64,000 nucleotides of DNA, from assembly GCA_964016885.1 (NCBI GenBank), contig OZ024741.1:201748001-201812000 (forward strand). Direction: 5' to 3'. Below are positions 55,321-64,000 of the stretch, piece by piece. The translations under genes were made by a program, and so were the position numbers. Position 1 is the first letter of the stretch; each line of letters starts with the position of its first letter. The notes beneath the pieces are model-generated. The model did not search any database, was not told the origin of the DNA, and saw only the letters and a list, made by a program, of their open reading frames with translations. This DNA comes from Eledone cirrhosa (lineage: Eukaryota).

Positions 55321-55849
55321 TATTAAAGAACCATTTCAGGATATTTGAAGCTATATGCTTAGTATAAGGTGAATTAAACTATGTGGTGAGCCTTTTACGG
55401 TTAAACTACTAACTAAAGTTGAGGTGTAATTATCTAATGGCTGTAAGTTGTGTGAGGGAAAACAGAAATTCAATTCATTATTGTTGCTATGAGAATCGTT
55501 ATTTAGGGATATCAATATTTAGGGATATCAAGGAACTTACTAGAGATATTATGAATTTGTGTTGAATTTGAAAGTTTATGCTGTATCATACCTTTCCTTC
55601 TCGCCTTATTTAAATACTTATACTTATGGTTCACATCTCTATTGTTGTTGACGTATAAACGATCTTTCATACTTACACTAACCCTATTAGTCTTAATAGA
55701 TGGAGTATTGACATGGTCAATAGCTTTATTGTTTGAATCATCTAGGTTTGATTCTATATCAAGGCCATACTTATTCAATACTACTATTTCAATAACACAA
55801 TCAAAATGTGTTCCCACACTTTTTTAGCACTAAACCAATATATATACTG

Positions 55850-56770
55850 CTAGTATATATAATGCTAGTATGTGTAGTCCGTATATTGATATTATACGCA
55901 AGTATATATATACATGTAGATATGATACATCAAAATAAAATCATAATTGACAATATATAATACATAGAAATTGAACGAAGACTGTGTTACACTGTCTTAT
56001 TTAATCAGTAACCTAATCCATGATACATTAAAAAAAGACGATATTATATATAAACTGCATTAGGAGAAAATTAGTGACAGAAATATATGAATATTTATTT
56101 AAACGATCGTTAACCGGAAGTGGTGACATTTGAAAATTTTAAAGAAGTGAATCTTTAAATAAGTAATAAAATATATTTAATAAACAGCCACGAAATTTAG
56201 TAGATAAATTATGTAATATTCATTCATTATTTATTCAAAGTAATCCAACTTATTTTACTAAGGAGATAAAAAATTATAAACAGTACGCAGTCCCGCGCTT
56301 CTGACTTTATTATAGTTTAGATTGTAACAAAAGTGTTAAATATTATTATTAGTGTTACATATTCAATAGGAATTTATGTTGTGTCATCATAGATTAAGTG
56401 CCATATCTTTGATTGTTGATAATTTACAGTTCTTTTGCCTATTTTTATTAAAAATTTTAAATCAATATTGTAAAGTACATCAAAAGCAACACTATTACCA
56501 ATGTACTATTTAAAAAAGAGGGTTGTTCGCAAAAGTTCTATCTTAGATATAAAGACAGATTTTTTATGGTAGTAAATGGAAAGGGTGTGTCAAATTTGTA
56601 AAAGTTTAGCTGCACTAAAATCCTGAATTCCACTATTTGACCGCCACAATTTAGTAGATAAATTATGTAATATTCATTCATTATTTAAGTAATCCAACTT
56701 ATTTTACTATTGGGATAAAAAATTATAAATTGTATGCAGTCCCACGCTCCTTACTTTATTATAGTTTAGA
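55850..56770 (-). mobile_element. Composite Helitron A with a captured ~320-bp flank
   Basis: 55865-56642 duplicates 52745-53510; an extra Helitron 5' end occupies 56643-56770. Confidence 0.8.
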
Positions 56771-56782
56771 TATATATGTATA

Positions 56783-56821
<39 letters not shown>

Positions 56822-58123
56822 CCCCTTTTTTTATTTCTCCGTTATATTTTTTCCATTCATCCTTACTGAAATATGCGTTAGAAGAATAGTGTTATAATTA
56901 TCTATGTGATGGGTGGACTGGCAGTATTGGTAAATTATCAGACAACATGCTTTGCACACATAGAAGTTACTGCTAGCTCTCACTGCGTGCACAACCATGT
57001 GTTGCCATCTGTTGGCGTGCTACAGTCTAGTCCAGAAACGTTTTGATACCACCTTGTATATATCTACCAATTCACTAAATTGGCAGAGATGTTGCAGAGT
57101 AGGAGAAAATCATTTGTGGCATCTGTTCTGGCTTTTTACATTTCTACACTCTGATTTAAAATCCTGCCAACATCAACTTTGTTTTTCCTCCTTTTGTGGG
57201 GATGGGGCAGTAAAATAAGCAACAACCCAGAGCAGTGAGTTAGAAAATGTTTTAGAGCATTGGACAAAATGCTATGTTATATTTGCTCTGGTTCTTTGCA
57301 TTTAGAGTTAAAATCCCACTGTAGCCTATGTGAGTTGTAAAATTTAATATGTCACCTAGTTTAACCCCATATTCGAGATTTTTATCTAAATAATATTGAT
57401 TTATCATTTTGGCTTAACTACTCAGATTTAATCATTGATTTAATTGACTAAATTGACATTTATTTGTTCGTAATTCATTGATCTTCAAATGATGGTAGTT
57501 AAAAACAAAACAGTAACTAAATCCTTTGAACTACTTATTCTGACCATCTATAGTATATTCCAACATAGAGCTTTCACATTAACATTTGTAGTGAACAGCT
57601 GTATACTCATTAAACCTGGCCTATATTAAATTATATCACTTAGGATGTTATAAAGACCTTGCAAGATCATAAAGATCCAATTGGTATGTTCAATGTTCAA
57701 AAGCCTATGAAGTAGAATAGACTAAACTGGTTTGGTTACCTGCAGTGCACAAGTGAGGTCAGAAGGTAAAAATAATGTTCAGTTTTCATGCCCTCTCATT
57801 GAACCAAAGAAATGCTGGAAGGGCACAATGCTAGTATCTCAATATCAAAGTTGGGTTGGTATGCAACTGAGAAATCAGAAGTAAGATGTGAACATTAGAT
57901 CTTGTTGATACCATACATGAATGAGGAGGTAATATTAAATGAAAAATTGAAGTAGTAGCAACAGAATATGTATGTGGTAAAAGGAAGTATCCTAGTTGGA
58001 TTGTTTATCGATATAGACGTGAGGGAAGGTCCCTCGTCTATTTACCATTTTTTGTAAGTGAGAATTATAACAAGTGAGTGTGTGTGTACGTAAACAAGAC
58101 AATAACCACAACGAGAGTTATAT

Positions 58124-59310
58124 TCAACAAATGTAAATAATGGTGATGTTTACTTTGTTTATATAGACGGTGCTACAAAATTTTTTGGGCCAGTGGACCC
58201 TACGACCTGAACGGGTCGTGGTCTTGTAACGTGGCGATGGTGGTGGTGTAGGGACAGGCGATGATGATGGTTCAGGAACAGGCGTTCGCTCAACAGGCAA
58301 ATACGAAGGGGTTCGTGGATCAGGAACCACAGCGTCCGTGTCAAGGTGTGCCTGCTTAAGCCTGTCTATTGTAACTGTCTCGCTGGACCCTTTAATATCT
58401 AAAGTGAAATGCTTAGCCGAGCGCGCTAAGACACGGTAAGGTCCAGTGTAAGGCTGTGTGAGCGGGGGCTTCACAGAATCTTTCCTTACAAAGACATGCG
58501 TCCACGAGGCAACATCCCTCGGGACAGCAGTCTTGACAGTTTGTTTCCATTGGCGGCAAATCCTGGAAATAGGAGCGCAAACGGGACACGTAGGAAGCGT
58601 GATCTTGGGCATTAAGATCGATAGGGGCAAGCATTTGCTCGGGCAACGTCAGAGGGGCACCGTACAGTACTTCGGCCGGTGAAAATCCAAAGTCGACTTT
58701 CACCGTTGACCGAATCCCTAGTAGCACAATAGGGAGGTACTCGCTCCAATGCGCCGAGTCCATTGAGGCCATTAAGGAGGCCTTCAGTTGTCGGTGAAAA
58801 CGCTCCACCATACCATTCGAAGCGGGATGGTACGCCGTAGTTCTGATGCGTTTAGCACCAATTAATTTTGACAGTTCGAGGAAAAGGCTCGACTCGAACT
58901 GTCGTCCACGGTCGGTAGTTACTGTGGATGGAACTCCATAACGAGAGATCCATCCAGACACAAGAGCACGCGCTGTTGTCTCAGCGGTGATGTTTTTCAA
59001 GGGGATGGCTTCAGGCCATCTCGAAAAACGGTCAATTATGGTCAGCAGATAAGAATAACCATCGCTGACAGGCCAAGGTCCCACTATATCAATATGAATG
59101 TGCGAAAAACGCGCATCTGGGTTAGTAAAGGTACCCAGGGGAGCCTTGACGTGTCGATTGACCTTTGGTTTCTGGCAAGCGACGCAGAAACGGCACCAAG
59201 CTGCAATTTCACGCCTCATATTTGGCCAGAAAAATCTAGCTGATATGAGCTTTGCTGTGGCAGAAGATCCTGGATGCGAGAAACCATGTAATGCCAGAAA
59301 CACGGTCCGA
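58124..59310 (-). mobile_element. Ty3/Gypsy pol fragment (HHCC zinc finger, rve integrase, GPY/F); no LTRs seen
   Basis: [58 protein letters not shown]. Confidence 0.93.
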
Positions 59311-59951
59311 CGATTATTCGTCTGTCCCCTCTCTCTACATCCATTACACTCTCTCTCTCGCCTTTGGCCTAACCCCCTCCCTCTCCACATCTATGAACCT
59401 GCCCTCTGGGGCAATAAATAATTCCGACCTTAACTATCAACGCATCTCTCCAAAAGTAACCAGTATAATAAAACCCCTACCATAACATTTTGATTAAGAT
59501 ATCTACAAACCACTCTCTCCTATTTCTCCTACCCCTGCATATCTTTCTCTCTCTCTCCCTCTCCCCTACTTTTCTCTCTTCCTTTTCTACTCTATCTTCT
59601 TCAACAACCCCACTTAAGGGTATTTACATTGTACATTTTAACCATTCTGCTCTGAGGATACAGTGGTCACAGCATTGGATATTTGAGTTCTGCAAATAGT
59701 TGTAAATTTGCACATAGCATAACTAGGCTGTAGTACCACCGTGGAAACATTTGTAAGCACACGGAATAAATTACCTTTTTATGATGTCTACCTGTTATTA
59801 TTCATTCTTTATATACACTCCGGAATACAGAAGGATCAGGAACTAAGTTTCTTCAACAATTCTTCCATAACTCGTAGAGTAACCTCTCACCGTACGTCAA
59901 CCATATCCAGTGTAGTAATTAACCATTACTACATCTAGGATAATCCTATAC

Positions 59952-60011
<60 letters not shown>

Positions 60012-60035
60012 ACATCTCAGGGTATGTCATGTATC

Positions 60036-60098
60036 ATTATATTTTGTCTAATGAGGACGTACTGTTGTACATCCGAAATATGTATAATAAAATGTAAT
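60036..60098 (+). ncRNA. Minimal type I hammerhead ribozyme with a G5A core mutation
   Basis: 12-bp stem I; CTAATGA; stem II ggacgtac/gtacatcc; GAAA; ATATGTAT; AUA site. Confidence 0.65.
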
Positions 60099-60149
60099 TG
60101 ATCAAAAGAACATCTATTTTATTAATATTTATATATTAATATATATATA

Positions 60150-60201
<52 letters not shown>

Positions 60202-60202
<1 letters not shown>

Positions 60203-60542
60203 CCAAAGCTTAGTATGGTTCGTTGATTACTCAATGAATACAATTTTAGATTAGAAGCACTCAACAGTTAAGTTTTTCTGGAGTTTTTAATATTATTCAA
60301 AATATTAACAAATGAAAAATATTCTCATAATAAAAATTATATATATTTCAAAGGTACTGTGTTGTTTTTTCAGTACGTCCTCATCAGATAAAATATATGA
60401 TTTGATATATGACATATATAATTTGATATTGTTAACATTTTGAATAATATTAAAAACTCCAGGAAAACCCCCTATTGAGTGCTTCTAATCTATTGTGAAA
60501 CTGTAGTCGTTGAGTAATCAACGAACCATATTAATCTTTGGT
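60202..60542. repeat. Foldback element with ~110-bp arms enclosing a minus-strand hammerhead core
   Basis: Arms 60202-60311 and 60428-60542; minus strand 60395->60335 reads CTGATGA-ggacgtactg..cagtac-GAAA-ATATATAT. Confidence 0.8.
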
Positions 60543-61078
60543 CTAGAAATATCGGGTGCCAGGAGATGAAGGGGGCCCACCAACATAGAGAATGCTATCA
60601 TTTAATTTTGATTTTGAAAGTAGGTTTATAATTATTAATTTTCCTTATACTTTTGTAGCTGTCTCGGTGGCCTACTTGGGGAATCATAGACGGGGGTGAT
60701 CCTGATCTGAAGTTTGATCGGGAGTAGGGTTCCCGGTAAACCTTTTCAGTCTTTTTTTTCTATGGGATGCAAAATAAAAACTGAACCCAAGACTAGGATC
60801 TCCACCGTTTCTAGTACTTACCACTAGGCTACTGAGACAACTACGAAAATCTATTGAAAATTCATACTTTCAAAATTTTCAAAACAAAATGATGTGATGT
60901 TAACTAAATGCTTTGCTTAATTGTTTTATTTATTTAAAAAAAAAATAAAACAATTAAGCAAAGCATTTATTTTATTCTTTCTCTTAGACTTCAGGTAATT
61001 TTTTAAAGCTAAGCATTGGCCCCTAAAATACTAGTGGGCTCTGCAATGCTACCATTGGGCAACCTGGCAACCTGGACA

Positions 61079-61151
<73 letters not shown>

Positions 61152-61173
61152 TATGTATATATATATATATATA

Positions 61174-62404
<1,231 letters not shown>

Positions 62405-62445
62405 ATAATAATAAATTTGAAGACTAAAATCCAAATAGGGCTCGA

Positions 62446-62502
62446 TAAGGTTTCAGAAGATCCCGTTAAGGGTGAAAGCAGCGATTTTTTGCTTAAACTT
62501 TA
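62446..62502 (+). ncRNA. Type I hammerhead-like fold, core variant CAGAAGA (second copy)
   Basis: Stem I taaggttt/aaacttta; stem II ccc/ggg; GAAA; stem III agca/tgct. Confidence 0.55.
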
Positions 62503-62510
62503 ATCTGTTA

Positions 62511-62587
<77 letters not shown>

Positions 62588-62619
62588 AGAACAAAAGATG
62601 GTTAAAAGAGTTCCATATA

Positions 62620-62686
62620 TTTTATTATGCGCATTTCAAAAACAAATATCATCATGCAATAATATTTGTGTTTTCATCAGATAAAA
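62620..62686 (-). ncRNA. Minimal type I hammerhead ribozyme, intact core
   Basis: ttttat-CTGATGA-long stem II-GAAA, palindromic ATGCGCAT, A17, ataaaa. Confidence 0.8.
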
Positions 62687-62996
62687 AGGAAGACATGATA
62701 TGAAGGTTAAAAAACACTTGTGGATAGTGCAGTTTTAAATCAACATATCAGTTTTAAATCAACATATCTATTTATATATTATATTTTTTTTCTCTCTCTC
62801 TCCTTTTCTTTCTCTCCCCTCTCTCTCTCTGTTTTTTCTTTACCTCCGTTTCTTTTTTCTCTCCGTCTTTTTTCTAAATGTGCTTAACACTATAGCTAAA
62901 TAATTATAAACACATCAATATCCAGACAGCTTCCTAATATAACGGTCGCTTATAATATGGTACGTCAAAATTATTTATAAAACTGTTTATATATTG

Positions 62997-63062
62997 TATT
63001 TTATCTGACGAAGGCATGCCATATTTTTAATATGGTATCCCTGAAATATGTATAATGAAATA
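62997..63062 (+). ncRNA. Minimal type I hammerhead ribozyme, intact core
   Basis: tattttat-CTGACGA-stem II atgccatatt/aatatggtat-GAAA, ATATGTAT, A17, atgaaata. Confidence 0.8.
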
Positions 63063-63206
63063 AATATGGTTTTATAAATATAGTTTCCATTTGTTTAATA
63101 TCGTATATATATATATATTCCCCACCACCACCCCACTCTCCAGAGCTTGAAATTAATAAACATTGGTTGTACTGCCTCTCTGTTTTGTTCCTGTTCAAAT
63201 TTTTCC

Positions 63207-63251
<45 letters not shown>

Positions 63252-63714
63252 TAATATATATATTAGTCAATGAGTAGTCTCCCTTAGAGTAAAAGGTCTT
63301 GGTAGTATCGTTAGAACGTCGGTCCCAAAATGTTTTCTAACCATTTAATTACGTACAATTCTATTCCGAGTTCATATCCCCCGCGAGATGAACTTTGCAT
63401 TTCCTCCTTCCTGGGATTCAATATAATTGCTGGTATGGTGCCTATATTATGTTACGTTCCACCACCCAATCGTTGTCTTGTTAATGTGACAACATACATC
63501 ACATACGATTCTATAATCCAATGGCCGATAACTGATCAATACTTTAGTGAATTGTTGCACTTGTTAACTTATTTATGTCTAGTGATAGATCACATTATGT
63601 GTATATTGGCTATAAAATTGCATGGAGACTATTATATATATAAGGCTTCAAGAACATCGTTTTTGTCTGTTCTCTCGTCTTGGATTGCCTCGAGAACGTA
63701 ACGTTATTAAGTAA

Positions 63715-63789
63715 GCTGTCTGATGAGATCATGGCACTGGTTATGCAGAATCGCGTAGTCACTGTCATCACTGAAATATGTATCACAGC
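63715..63789 (+). ncRNA. Minimal type I hammerhead ribozyme, intact core
   Basis: gctgt-CTGATGA-long stem II-GAAA, ATATGTAT, C17, acagc. Confidence 0.78.
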
Positions 63790-63846
63790 CTCATGAATAA
63801 AGGACTTTAACATCTGAAACTAATTTGCATTTTCTTATTCTATATA

Positions 63847-64000
63847 TCATCATCATCGTTTGACGTCTATCTTCCACGCTAGCATGGGTTAGACAGGAAT
63901 TGTCCCACTTGAGGCAAGATTGATCGGGTGACTGTGTCTCGCTCGTATATCTGGCAGGTTTTCTTTCTAATCCTAACCACATTTACAGTGTGGACTGGGA
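63847..64000 (-). mobile_element. 3' end of an RTE-family or partner-SINE element
   Basis: (GAT)n tail; similar to 17203-17380. Confidence 0.7.

Overview
AT-rich eukaryotic DNA, dense in repeats; its SINE, RTE and Helitron families suggest a coleoid cephalopod such as Octopus (inference). No prokaryotic features or CRISPR arrays were found. One host gene is present: the 3' part of a MAP4K3/MAP4K5 (GCK-I, happyhour-like) kinase on the + strand. I rebuilt 14 GT-AG exons from 10549 to 37416 (1404 nt, 467 aa plus stop) covering the proline-rich linker and the whole CNH domain; the kinase domain was not found and presumably lies upstream. A probable ~4 kb 3'UTR follows. Most of the rest is nested mobile DNA: an L1/Tx1 ORF2, a decayed autonomous Helitron and several non-autonomous ones, RTE LINEs (one with a PHD finger inside the RT), CRE-clade fragments, a DD37D maT, hAT and hATm elements, piggyBac MITEs, a Gypsy integrase and tRNA-derived SINEs. 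The most interesting signal is non-coding: six type I hammerhead-ribozyme folds cluster between (TA)n tracts at 60.0-63.8 kb. Five are minimal folds with a self-complementary stem III; the sixth has a CAGAAGA core variant that recurs at 18.8 kb. No Penelope ORF was seen nearby. All folds, alignments and family calls were made by eye and are untested.
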